From the NCBI GenBank assembly GCA_963718615.1, contig OY970368.1:4416001-4480000 (forward strand): a DNA stretch of 64,000 bases, read 5' to 3'. The translations under genes were made by a program, and so were the position numbers. The notes below the pieces were generated by a model. The model searched no databases. It was not told the DNA's origin and saw only the letters and a list, made by a program, of their open reading frames with translations. This document shows, piece by piece, positions 40,021 through 50,107 of this stretch. This DNA is from an uncultured cyanobacterium (GTDB lineage: Bacteria > Cyanobacteriota > Cyanobacteriia > PCC-9006 > JAAUQQ01). How positions within the stretch are numbered: position 1 is the first letter of the stretch; the number at the start of each line of letters is the position of its first letter.

Positions 40021-41316
40021 TCAGTTGAGTTCGGTCTTGATCACTGTTGCGATCGCGCCAGTAATCTGGCTCAGCGCCTCAGCCTCAATGATGTAAGGGG
40101 GCATTGTATAAATCAGTCGTCCAAAGGGCCGTAACCATACCCCCTGCTCCACAAAAGCCGGTTGAATTCTAGCCATATCGACGGGTTGATGGAGCTCAAC
40201 GACGCCAATCGCCCCTAAAACTCGGACTGATTTAACCGCTGAGAATTGTCGACAACCGTCTAGTTCGGCTTGGAGCTGTTGGGCGATCGCCTGCACATTC
40301 TTAGCCCAATCATAACTTTCTAAGAGTGCAAGATTTTCTAAGGAAACGGCACAGGCTAAGGGGTTAGCCATAAACGTGGGTCCGTGCATAAAGACACCTG
40401 CTTCGCCGGTTGCAAAGACTTGGCTAATTTCGCGAGTTGTCAAGGTTGCAGCCAAGGACATAAAACCTCCAGAGAGGGCTTTGCCGAGGCAAAGGATATC
40501 AGGAGATATCTGGGCATACTCACAGGCAAACAGCTTGCCGGTTCGACCAAACCCGGTTGCAATTTCATCCAAAATCAGGAGAACATCATAGTCTTGACAA
40601 AGGGCATGGGCTCGACGAACATACTCAGGATGATAAAAGCGCATGCCTCCGGCCCCTTGGACAATGGGTTCAAAGATTGCCGCCGCAATTTCGTGGTGAT
40701 GGGCCTTAAGAAGGGCTTCAAAGCTTTCTAAGTCTTGTTCATTCCAGGGCTCTTGAAACCCAATTTGAGGTGCATCGGCGAAGAACTGTTGCTGAAGCAC
40801 AGACTTGAATAAATGATGCATCCCCGTCACGGGATCGCAAACCGACATTGCGGCGAAGGTATCGCCATGATAGCCATTTCGCAGCGTTAGAAATCGATGC
40901 TTTTGGGGTTGATGACGATTGTGCCAATACTGAATGGCCATTTTCATGGCAACTTCCACCGCAACGGATCCAGAATCACAAAAGAACACATGCTGAAGGG
41001 GCTCTGGCGTCAGCTCGATTAACCGTTGGGCAAGCTGAACGGCGGGTTGATGGGTTAGACCACCAAACATCATGTGCGACATGCGATCGATCTGTTCGCG
41101 AGCTGCTTGATTGAGTCGCGGATGGTTGTAGCCATGAATACAGGCCCACCAGGAAGACATGCCATCGATTAAGGTGCGACCCTCTTCGAGCTGAATCTCG
41201 CAGCCCTGGGCTGAACGAACCGCCACGGCGGGGAGCAAACTGGGCATGGCCGCGTAAGGATGCCAAACCTGTTGGCGATCGATCGCAAGCAGTTCTGGCA
41301 GGGAAAGAAATTTCAT
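40021..41316 (-). CDS. bioA: adenosylmethionine-8-amino-7-oxononanoate aminotransferase
   Basis: VWHPY, DGMSSWW, DSGSVAVEVAMKMA, GYHGDT, DEIATGFGRTG, GKALSGG, HGPTFMANPLACA. Confidence 0.95.
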   Translation of the reverse strand: MKFLSLPELLAIDRQQVWHPYAAMPSLLPAVAVRSAQGCEIQLEEGRTLIDGMSSWWACIHGYNHPRLNQAAREQIDRMSHMMFGGLTHQPAVQLAQRLIELTPEPLQHVFFCDSGSVAVEVAMKMAIQYWHNRHQPQKHRFLTLRNGYHGDTFAAMSVCDPVTGMHHLFKSVLQQQFFADAPQIGFQEPWNEQDLESFEALLKAHHHEIAAAIFEPIVQGAGGMRFYHPEYVRRAHALCQDYDVLLILDEIATGFGRTGKLFACEYAQISPDILCLGKALSGGFMSLAATLTTREISQVFATGEAGVFMHGPTFMANPLACAVSLENLALLESYDWAKNVQAIAQQLQAELDGCRQFSAVKSVRVLGAIGVVELHQPVDMARIQPAFVEQGVWLRPFGRLIYTMPPYIIEAEALSQITGAIATVIKTELN

Positions 41317-41744
41317 GGTCTAAGGGAAAGCTCTACAGGCTTTTACGGGACTGCTTTCAGGATTATGTCTGTATTTTGCCGGAGCCTATCTTCTCAAGGG
41401 CAATGACCTCGACCGTAATCTCCGGTCCTGGATGAATGTCAACTAAACAACAGCATGAAATCAAGCTTAATCGTCGTAAAAACTGAGCCCCTTGGACGAA
41501 TAGATCTGCTTTAAAGAACGCGTATCTAAATGGCAATACACTAGAAAAATTACAGACGAACTCGCCCTATTGGGTCGGTTTTAACGGGTGTTAGGTGTAT
41601 CTGCTAAAATTTAGCTCTTAGTTTGTGTTTGTCTACCTGTATGAATCACCAATTTCATCTTTTTAACATTCAAGATCATTAAATTAAGTTAAAGCTGACT
41701 GAAAGCCTGTTTACGGAAAGTAAAGCAGAAATCCTCGCGTTATC

Positions 41745-42075
41745 CCATAAACTCAAAGAACGCAATATTTTGCTCAGTCTGGATGACTTTGGGACAGGTT
41801 ACTCATCCTTAAGCTATCTGCGACTGCTACCGATTGATACGCTCAAAATCGATCACTCTTTTATCAACGGCATGCTGGACGATAACAGCAGTTTTGAAAT
41901 TGTGCGAACGATTATGGCCCTTGCCCAAGCCCTCAGAATCGGCGTGATTGCAGAAGGCATTGAAACCGCCGAGCCTCTACACAGCCTGCAAGCACTGCAA
42001 TGCAACATGGGCCAGGGCTATTATTTCTGCGCTCGTCCGTTGACCGTCGATCAAGTTGAGGAAAACTGGCTACCG
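41745..42075 (+). pseudogene. C-terminal EAL phosphodiesterase remnant
   Basis: SLDDFGTGYSSLSYL, LKID, IAEGIET, QGYYF present, but no N-terminal EAL half or credible start. Confidence 0.75.
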
Positions 42076-42210
42076 CGATCGCCCCAATCCCCCCCCCTCT
42101 GGGTTGTGGCGTTTCCTCCAGTCCATAAAAAAGCCTTGACGGGATGCCAAGGCTCAGATGGAAGGGGATGGAAAACAGAGGTTCGCAAGTATACGAACCG
42201 CAGCGAATTC

Positions 42211-42468
42211 CTAGAGCGCGCCGATATAGCTGAGGCCGAGAATGCTGCCTGCGCCGAGAATATGGCCCAAGCTGGTGGCTCCCAAAATAGCCCCAATGCT
42301 AAATCCCCCGAACATATTGGGAGAAGGCGGCATGGGGCCAGCATCTTGAACTTGAATGGTTTGCTTCGCAATCGCGATCGCCAAAACGTTGCAGACAATC
42401 ATCACGATGGCGGTTTTGGGGCTCCAGGAGACCGTATCGACCGCAGCGGCCAGTAAAGTGGGCATCAT
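42211..42468 (-). CDS. psaK: photosystem I subunit K
   Basis: WSPKTAIVMIVCNVLAIA...ATSLGHILGAGSILGL. Confidence 0.93.
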   Translation of the reverse strand: MMPTLLAAAVDTVSWSPKTAIVMIVCNVLAIAIAKQTIQVQDAGPMPPSPNMFGGFSIGAILGATSLGHILGAGSILGLSYIGAL

Positions 42469-42759
42469 CAAGGTTTTACTCCCTAAAAAGCTTCTAAAAG
42501 AGACCTAAAGTATACGAGATCTACCGTAGTTCGTAACAGACTGTAGCGACGGGGGGGTAGCGATCGCAGCAATATTTAACGATTGTGTGAACGTTTGCAA
42601 CAGAGTGGATCCCTAAATTGGACTCTCAAATTGGATCCCTGCCTTGAGCCCTGGGCTGTCAAGTGGGTGCCGAGGGCAACTCTATACGGTTTTGCCTCCC
42701 TCTAGTTTTGCCCTCGGGGATTCGCTATCGTAACCAGATGTTTTCAGGAGCAGGTGGCC

Positions 42760-44257
42760 ATGGCCCCAAACAGCGGCAAGAGCATTAACGGTACCCTATT
42801 GCAATCTTTTCATTGGTACATTCCGCCGGACGGAGCCCACTGGCAGCAGCTAGCTCAAAAGTCCGCAGAGCTTGCGGAAGCCGGGTTTACAGCCCTTCTG
42901 GCTACCACCAGCCTATAAGGCCAGTGGCGGCGGCTATGACGTGGGCTATGGGGCCTACGATCTGTTTGATTTGGGGGAGTTTGATCAAAAGGGCAGCATT
43001 CGCACGAAGTACGGCAACCGAGCCGATTATTTAGCGGCAATTCAGGCGGCCCAGGCGGCGGGCATGCAGGTCTATGGGGACTGCGTGTTTAATCACAAAA
43101 ATGGGGGCGATCGCGAGGAAGAGTTTGAAGCGATACCCGTGTGGGAAGAGGATCGGAATACCGCCAAAGGACCAGTGGAGCGGGTCAAAGCTTGGACCGC
43201 ATTTGATTTTCCGGGACGCGGCGAGCAATATTCCAAAATGAAATGGCGTTGGTGGCACTTTGACTCGCTCAATCACAACATGCTTAAGCCGGGTGATTCA
43301 ACGATTTATCGGCTCAAAGATAAGCAGTTTGAAACCGATGTGGATCTTCGCCATAGCAACTACGACTTTTTGATGGCCTGCGATCTAGATACTAGTCATC
43401 CTGAAGTCAGCCAGGAACTCAAAGCTTGGGGAGAGTGGTATGTAGACACAACCGGCATTGATGGATTTCGTTTAGATGCGGTTAAGCATGTGCGGGCAGG
43501 CTTTTTTGCAGAGTGGCTAGATCAGGTGCGTTGCTATGCCCATCGCGATCTGTTTACGGTCGGTGAATATTGGTCTGAGGATTTAAGAGCGCTCCATTGG
43601 TTTTTGAGTCGAACCGGGGGCCGAATTTCCCTGTTTGATGTGCCGTTGCACTATAACTTTCATCGGGCTAGCAAGGCGGGTCAATCCTATGACCTCCGTC
43701 AAATTTTGGATAACACCTTGATGCAGCAACAACCTGCCTTGGCGGTTACCTTTGTCGACAACCACGATTCCCAACCCTTGCAAGCCTTAGAATCCGTCGT
43801 TGAGGCTTGGTTTAAGCCCTTAGCCTATGCCTTGATTCTGCTGCGTCGGGAAGGCTATCCCTGTGTGTTCTATGGGGATTATTACGGGGCTCACTATCGC
43901 GATCGCGGTCGGGATGGCAATGAGTATGAGATTTGGCTCGATTCCCATCGTTGGCTCATCGATCAATTCCTCCATGCTCGGCGTCACTATGCCTATGGTC
44001 CCCAATATGACTACTTTAATCAGCCCAACTGTATTGGCTGGACTCGCTTAGGGGATGCGGAGCATCCAGGGGGATTGGCAGTTTTGATGAGTAATGCGGC
44101 TGGAGCAAGCCAATGGATGGAAGTGGGGCGACCCCATTGTCTATTTTATGACGCCACTCAGCGGATTGCTGAAACTGTGAAAACTAACGAGTGGGGCTGG
44201 GGAGAGTTTCACTGTCAAGGGGGGTCTGTCTCTCTCTGGTTGCCAGTCGAACCCTAG
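42760..44257 (+). CDS. GH13_5 alpha-amylase with +1 frameshift at about 42898
   Basis: Frame 1 NGTLLQSFHWY...AGFTAL joins frame 2 WLPPAYK...GYGAYDLFDLGEFDQKG, GFRLDAVKH, GEYW, FVDNHD. Confidence 0.88.
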
Positions 44258-44757
44258 GGGTTTGACCCCTGCAAGTTTTAATTTTCCGAATTCGGAAAGG
44301 ATCCGTAAAAACACAGAGATAGCCTTGGCAAAGCCAGGGCTTTTTCGGATCGGTATTTACTAGGCTTCTAAGAGAAATTACTTAGATAATTCTGGGTCAA
44401 TTCCGTATAAATGCTAAGTTAACCGTTAAGCCTTAGATGTCTGACTAACCATATAGATTCGTGATTGAGACTAATGTTTGGACTGAGTGAGACAGTTTGA
44501 GATAGATACGACCGTTGGCATAAATCTCAGAAATTCTTCGTACTTTCACGGGATTTTGAGGCAGCAATCTACCGAAGAAACTCGTATTTATTTCTGCTTT
44601 TCAACCATGGCAGTCTAAGGGAACGAACTCCGAAGAGCTACTGAGAAGTCCTTCAAGATCTGGTTTTCTTAACACGAAGCTTGCGAGTTTTCTCTGTAGA
44701 TCAAAAGCGAGTTAACCCCTTCTAACTGCGAGTCCTTAGGAATTGGAGAACTTAAGA
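44258..44757 (+). promoter_or_regulatory. 500-bp AT-rich upstream region with palindrome and repeated CGTA-N5-(T/C)AC-like motifs
   Basis: TTTCCGAATTCGGAAA 44283-44298; TCCGTAAAAACACAGA 44302; TTCGTACTTTCACGGG 44537. Confidence 0.4.
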
Positions 44758-46401
44758 ATGGATAGCAATGTGAGCATACTTAAGGGCCAAGATTTGGCAG
44801 TCCGCCTAGCCAGTAACGGTCTAAATCCTCAGCCGCAAATCGAAACCCCTATTTCTCAAAAACCATCAGGATTTGACTGGGAACCGGAGGTTTGGGAACG
44901 AATGATCTCAGAAATGGGTGAACTAGTTCGAGACGCCTCCACCCGCTGGGAAGAACGACGGTTTACGCCTAAATTGGATGGAGATATCCGTGGGTTGTTT
45001 GACCAACCTTTGCCGCTACAAGGAGCCCATTGGGATGACATCCTTCAGCATCTGCGACAACTCATTGATTGTTCGGGCTACAACGGCCATCCCCGCTGGT
45101 TTGCCTATATCACCTCTTCTCCAGATCCGATTGGCGTGTTAGGTGCGTTCCTAACGGCTGCTCTCAATCAAAACAATAACCTTTGGCGAATTGCACCGGG
45201 TGCAACCAGTATTGAGTTGCAATGCATCAATTGGTTCAAAGCCATGTTTGATTTGGAAGACTCCTGGGAAGGTATTTTTGCCAGCGGTGGACAACTGGCG
45301 AATATTATTGCCTGCGCAGTGGCTCGCCAGCATCATTGTCCCTGGGATATCCGTCAATATGGGGTTGCTGGCCCCGCACAGGCTGGACGCTTGACCCTCT
45401 ACACCAGTGATCAGGCCCACTATTGCCACCGTCAGGCAGCGGAACTGTTGGGCCTAGGCTCAGAGTCGTTGCGGGTTGTCCCAACGGATGAGCATTATCG
45501 GATGCGGGTGGATGTTTTAGCGGAGATGATTGCGCGCGATCGCCATGACGGCGCTATTCCCCTTGCAGTGATTGCAACGGCAGGAACCGTGGCCACGGGG
45601 GCGATCGACCCCTTGGAAGATCTACGTATCCTGACGCAAAACGAACAAATGTGGTTACATGTCGATGGGGCCTATGGTTTACCGGCTTACCTTGTGCCGG
45701 AGATTGCGCCTCAACTGGCAGCAATGAGATCTGCTGATTCTTTATCGTTTGACCCTCACAAATGGTTGTATAGTCCACTTGATGCAGGCGTGACGCTAGT
45801 CCGGCATCCAGGAGCATTGCGCAAAGCATTTGGTTTTCAGGTCAGCTATCTAGATCAAAATGCTGGGACTCAAGGATCTGGGGTTCAAGGAATTAGAGCT
45901 GAAGGGGCTGTGGATTTAGTGGACTTTACCTTAGAAAATTCTCGCCCAGCCCGTGCTACTAAGGTTTGGCTCTCGCTCATGGCCCATGGCCTAGAAGGGT
46001 TTCGCTCCCAGATTAGTCAAGACATCCAACTCACCCGGTACATGGCCCGCAGAATTGCAGAAACACCGGGCTTAGTTCTCCAAGCTGAACCCACGTTATC
46101 GATTGTTTGTTGGCGGGTTGAACCGTCTTGTTTCCTTGGGGATCAAACTGCACTCAATGACTTGCAGCTCAAAGTGATTGAACTACTGGAACAACGGGGT
46201 ATTGCTTTTCTCTCTAAGGCCAAGCTGCACGGCGATAAAATCGCTCTACGCGCCTGCATTGTAAATTTTCGGACCCAAATTGACGACATAGAAACCGCTG
46301 TCATGGCCAGCGCCATGGTCGGTTTGGAACTGGCATCTCAATTTGATCTTGATCTACCCTTAGAGCCTCTTTACGGGTTTCAGTTTGATGCCGCTCAATA
46401 A
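44758..46401 (+). CDS. group II PLP-dependent amino-acid decarboxylase
   Basis: HPRWFAY, SGGQLAN, SDQAHYC, TAGTVATGAIDP, HVDGAYG, DPHKWL (PLP Lys), LRACIVNFRT. Confidence 0.9.
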   Translation: MDSNVSILKGQDLAVRLASNGLNPQPQIETPISQKPSGFDWEPEVWERMISEMGELVRDASTRWEERRFTPKLDGDIRGLFDQPLPLQGAHWDDILQHLRQLIDCSGYNGHPRWFAYITSSPDPIGVLGAFLTAALNQNNNLWRIAPGATSIELQCINWFKAMFDLEDSWEGIFASGGQLANIIACAVARQHHCPWDIRQYGVAGPAQAGRLTLYTSDQAHYCHRQAAELLGLGSESLRVVPTDEHYRMRVDVLAEMIARDRHDGAIPLAVIATAGTVATGAIDPLEDLRILTQNEQMWLHVDGAYGLPAYLVPEIAPQLAAMRSADSLSFDPHKWLYSPLDAGVTLVRHPGALRKAFGFQVSYLDQNAGTQGSGVQGIRAEGAVDLVDFTLENSRPARATKVWLSLMAHGLEGFRSQISQDIQLTRYMARRIAETPGLVLQAEPTLSIVCWRVEPSCFLGDQTALNDLQLKVIELLEQRGIAFLSKAKLHGDKIALRACIVNFRTQIDDIETAVMASAMVGLELASQFDLDLPLEPLYGFQFDAAQ

Positions 46402-46515
46402 TTTTTGATGGTTTAAAAGGGTGCTCAGTATACTCCAACTACTTAAGCCCTGTTAGCCTAAATTAGCGTTAAGATTTAGGCTTTTTCCTGTGTTCTCTTA
46501 TCGATTAGCAAGAAG

Positions 46516-47721
46516 ATGCAAACTCAATTAACCGCGATCGCAACTCCTCAAAATCCCTTTTGTTTCCAAGACGGTGCTCAACTAGATGACCTCGTGGTAG
46601 CTTGGAAATCCTGGGGAAAACTCAATTCCCGACAGGATAATGTGATTTTGTTATTCCCGGTTTTGACCACGAGTCACCATGCCGCTGGTTTTGATCCCCA
46701 AGGACCCAACAGCCCCTGGTGGACATCAGATTGTTATCAGGGGTGGTGGGATGAGTTTATCGGGCCAGGGAAAGCGCTCGATACCCGCCGTTGGCATGTC
46801 ATCTGCGCCAGTTTTCTGGGGGGATGCTATGGAACGACTGGGCCATCTAGCCTAGATCCGAAGACGGGAAAAGTTTGGGGCGATCGCTTTCCCTATCCCC
46901 ATGTTTCCGACTTAGTTGATGCCCAGGTGCGGCTGTTAGATGCCCTCGGAATTCATCAGCTAAAAGCAATTGTGGGAGGATCTTTTGGTGGCTATTTGGC
47001 CTTGGATTTTGCCCTGCGTTATCCCCTGCGGACTCAGCAGGTGGTTTCGATCGCCAGTGGCTTGCGGGTTACGGAAGCAATGAAACTGTCAAATTTTCAG
47101 CAGATTATGGCGATCGAGTTCCATGGAGAACGGTTGTCAGAATCGAAAATAGTAGACCAAAAGGCTGGTGTGCAAAAGACTAAAAAAGGCTTAGAACTAG
47201 CCCGTATGATTGCCATGCAACAGTATATCGTGGCAGATGAAATCGATACCTATTGTCGACAATCGGTTGATCCAAAGCTCAAAGATCAGGGTCAGTATTC
47301 CCTTCGTCATCCGGTGGAAAGCTGGTTGCTCTACCAAGGGCAAAAGTTTTCCCAGCGCTTCGATCCCCAAAGTTATTTGAGGCTACTATACGCTTGGCAA
47401 AACTGGCATCCTGCCCTCAAGGATTCTGCCTGGGAAATCTCTACCCTACTCAATTCCTGTCGGCAACAACAATGGCTACTCTTTTCCATTGATTCCGATG
47501 CTTGTTTTCCGGTCCAAGAGCAAATGCTGCTTGCCCAGGCACTCACTGCCGCCGGAGTTCCCCACAAGTTTGTTTCTGTTGCTTCGCGATTGGGCCATGA
47601 TTCCTTTCTGCGAGAACCCAAACTTTATCAATGGGAACTCCAGGCATTTCTTGAACATCAGCAGCCCCCTCTTCCGTCAATTCCTGTAACTGGTGGGGTT
47701 TTGGTTGAGGGAAAACGCTGA
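46516..47721 (+). CDS. MetX-fold (homoserine O-acetyltransferase-like) alpha/beta hydrolase acyltransferase
   Basis: WGKLN, GWWDEFIGPGKALDT, GTTGPSS, GGSFGG (Ser), IDSD (Asp), GHDSFL (His). Confidence 0.85.
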   Translation: MQTQLTAIATPQNPFCFQDGAQLDDLVVAWKSWGKLNSRQDNVILLFPVLTTSHHAAGFDPQGPNSPWWTSDCYQGWWDEFIGPGKALDTRRWHVICASFLGGCYGTTGPSSLDPKTGKVWGDRFPYPHVSDLVDAQVRLLDALGIHQLKAIVGGSFGGYLALDFALRYPLRTQQVVSIASGLRVTEAMKLSNFQQIMAIEFHGERLSESKIVDQKAGVQKTKKGLELARMIAMQQYIVADEIDTYCRQSVDPKLKDQGQYSLRHPVESWLLYQGQKFSQRFDPQSYLRLLYAWQNWHPALKDSAWEISTLLNSCRQQQWLLFSIDSDACFPVQEQMLLAQALTAAGVPHKFVSVASRLGHDSFLREPKLYQWELQAFLEHQQPPLPSIPVTGGVLVEGKR

Positions 47722-47740
47722 ATCTTTGACTTGAATGGGG

Positions 47741-47760
47741 TTTGGGGCGATCGCCCCAAA
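47741..47760. repeat. 20-bp perfect palindrome centred on HIP1, possible terminator
   Basis: TTTGGGGCGATCGCCCCAAA, about 20 nt after the stop of the MetX-like gene. Confidence 0.7.
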
Positions 47761-47957
47761 TCCCTCATCCCCCACAGATAATCCGCCAAGAACGGGTTCA
47801 TTGACGGTGAGCAGATGACTTTGGGCTGGCTGATAAAAACGTCTTGATCTGTAATTATACGGAATTGAGAATCCCTTAGGTTTACTATTGCTTTTCTCAG
47901 AAAAATCTAGCACTATGAAGTCATAATCCCGTTATCCTGCTAGTAGGCTCTGTATCT

Positions 47958-50039
47958 ATGTCTGCGTCTGGTGTGTGTAAAAAAAACGACATCCAAACAA
48001 GACTTGATTTTGCAGATCGGCTGTTACAAGGTGTTGCAAATGCATCTGACTGTCTGCTAAATATCGAAGATTTTCAGGATTCTATTCAGAGCTCACTGGC
48101 GACCCTAGGAACGGCGATTCAGGTCGATCGCGTTTATATTTTTAGTTGTACCCAAGATCCAGTGACGCAGGTGCCCTTGATGAGCCAGCAGTGGGAATGG
48201 GTCACGGAGGGTATTACACCGGAAATCGATAATCCTGAACTACAAAATTTACCATTCCTTGATTATTTTCCTCGTTGGTATAAAGTCCTGTCTACGGGGC
48301 AAGATATCTCCGGTTTGGTGCGAGACTTTCCAGATTCGGAAAAAGAGATTCTAGATCCCCAAGGAATTCTATCCATTGTTATTGTTCCTATTTTTGTCCA
48401 AACCCAATTTTGGGGGTTTATGGGGTTTGATGACTGCAATCGGGGTCACGACTGGAGCAGTAGCGAAGTTCTCTCTTTAAAGACCGTTGCGAGGAGTTTT
48501 GGAGGAGCATTTGCCCGTCGGCAAGCTGAAGAAAAACTACAGGAAGTCAATCAGTCGCTAGAGCAACGGATTCAAGAACGTACGGCTGAATTGCAAGTCG
48601 CTAAAGAGCAAGCTGATAGCGCAAATCGAGCTAAAAGTGAGTTTTTAGCCAACATGAGTCACGAGTTAAGAACTCCGCTCAACGGCATTCTAGGCTATGC
48701 GCAGATTCTTGAGGGCTCGGATAATCTGAATGACAAAGAGCAAGATGGGGTGCGAATTATTAATCAATGTGCGTCGCATTTGCTTTTGCTGATTAATGAT
48801 ATTTTAGACCTATCAAAAATTGAATCTAGCAAGATGGAGCTCTATCCAACAGCTTTTCATCTGGACTCAATGCTGCGGGGGGTTGTTGATATCTGTCAGA
48901 TTCGGGCTCAACAGAAAGGGATTGACTTCTTCTTCGAATCCAGCGGACAGCTTCCCATTGGAATTATTGCGGATGAAAAACGCCTCCGTCAGGTGTTGCT
49001 TAATCTCTTAAGTAATGCTGTTAAGTTTACACAGAAAGGTTCGGTTCGATTTGAGCTAACAGCTTTCTACTCCGAAGCGGACGAAATCGCTGAATTGCCA
49101 CTGTACAAATTACAATTTAAGATTATTGACACTGGCATTGGAATTAGTAAAAGTGACTTAGACAAGATCTTTTTACCCTTTGAACAGGCGAGACGTGTAG
49201 AGTCTCATCAGTCGGAAGGTACAGGTTTAGGATTGGCCATTAGCCAACGTATTGTCAGACTCATGGGGAGTGATTTAGAGGTTGAGAGTCAGATTGGCAA
49301 AGGCAGTACGTTTAGATTTGAGATTCAGATCCCTGAGGCTTCGGAATGGATTGACCAAACCACGGTGTTGAAAGGGAAGAAAGTTAAAGGAGTGAAAGGA
49401 GACCCACCCTGTATTTTGATTATTGATGACCGTTGGGAAAACCGTGCGGTGATTCGAAGCTTCCTTACACCGTTAGGATTTGATGTTTTGGAGGCTGAAA
49501 ATGGCCAACAGGGTTTAGAACTAGCGCTGGAGCGATCGCCCCAACTGATTATCACCGATTTGGCCATGCCCGTGATGGATGGATTTGAGTTTTTGCACGT
49601 GGCTCGTCAGTCTTTTCCGCTCCAAGAAAAACTGATTTTTGTGTCTTCTGCCAGTGTTTTTCCTGCGGATCAACAACGCAGTTTGGATGCAGGGGGGAAT
49701 TTCTTTCTGTCCAAGCCGGTGCAGTTTCCAGAACTGCTGGATGCCCTAGAGACCTATTTGCACTTAGAGTGGATCTATGAGCCTCGAGCTATTTCCCAGT
49801 CTGCTCCCCTTCCCGTATCTGCCGAAATGCTTGTTCCTCAGATCGAAGATTTGCAACATCTACAGAAACTGCTACGGAGTGGGCTGATTAATAAATTTAT
49901 TAAGGAACTCGATAACCTCAACCAGCAGGATTCGAACTTTCAGCCCTTTACCGAGCATCTGCGGGTCCTGGCTCAAGGTTTTCGGCTCAAGCAGATGAAG
50001 ACCTTTATTGATGGTTATTTGGCCTCTACCGTTGGATAG
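47958..50039 (+). CDS. cytoplasmic hybrid histidine kinase GAF-HisKA-HATPase-REC
   Basis: VDRVYIF...[13 protein letters not shown]; [14 protein letters not shown]; [22 protein letters not shown]; IDD...TDLAMP...KP. Confidence 0.92.
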   Translation: MSASGVCKKNDIQTRLDFADRLLQGVANASDCLLNIEDFQDSIQSSLATLGTAIQVDRVYIFSCTQDPVTQVPLMSQQWEWVTEGITPEIDNPELQNLPFLDYFPRWYKVLSTGQDISGLVRDFPDSEKEILDPQGILSIVIVPIFVQTQFWGFMGFDDCNRGHDWSSSEVLSLKTVARSFGGAFARRQAEEKLQEVNQSLEQRIQERTAELQVAKEQADSANRAKSEFLANMSHELRTPLNGILGYAQILEGSDNLNDKEQDGVRIINQCASHLLLLINDILDLSKIESSKMELYPTAFHLDSMLRGVVDICQIRAQQKGIDFFFESSGQLPIGIIADEKRLRQVLLNLLSNAVKFTQKGSVRFELTAFYSEADEIAELPLYKLQFKIIDTGIGISKSDLDKIFLPFEQARRVESHQSEGTGLGLAISQRIVRLMGSDLEVESQIGKGSTFRFEIQIPEASEWIDQTTVLKGKKVKGVKGDPPCILIIDDRWENRAVIRSFLTPLGFDVLEAENGQQGLELALERSPQLIITDLAMPVMDGFEFLHVARQSFPLQEKLIFVSSASVFPADQQRSLDAGGNFFLSKPVQFPELLDALETYLHLEWIYEPRAISQSAPLPVSAEMLVPQIEDLQHLQKLLRSGLINKFIKELDNLNQQDSNFQPFTEHLRVLAQGFRLKQMKTFIDGYLASTVG

Positions 50040-50107
50040 AGAATGTTTGACGGTGGGAATGAGACACTAGGTTTTATGCGTGCCTTTCTGTGTGATTTTT
50101 TGATGCT

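Noticed and set aside
41770-42456. 228-aa EAL ORF as an intact gene
   Set aside because: Only the C-terminal EAL half is present; the remainder is read-through antisense to psaK.
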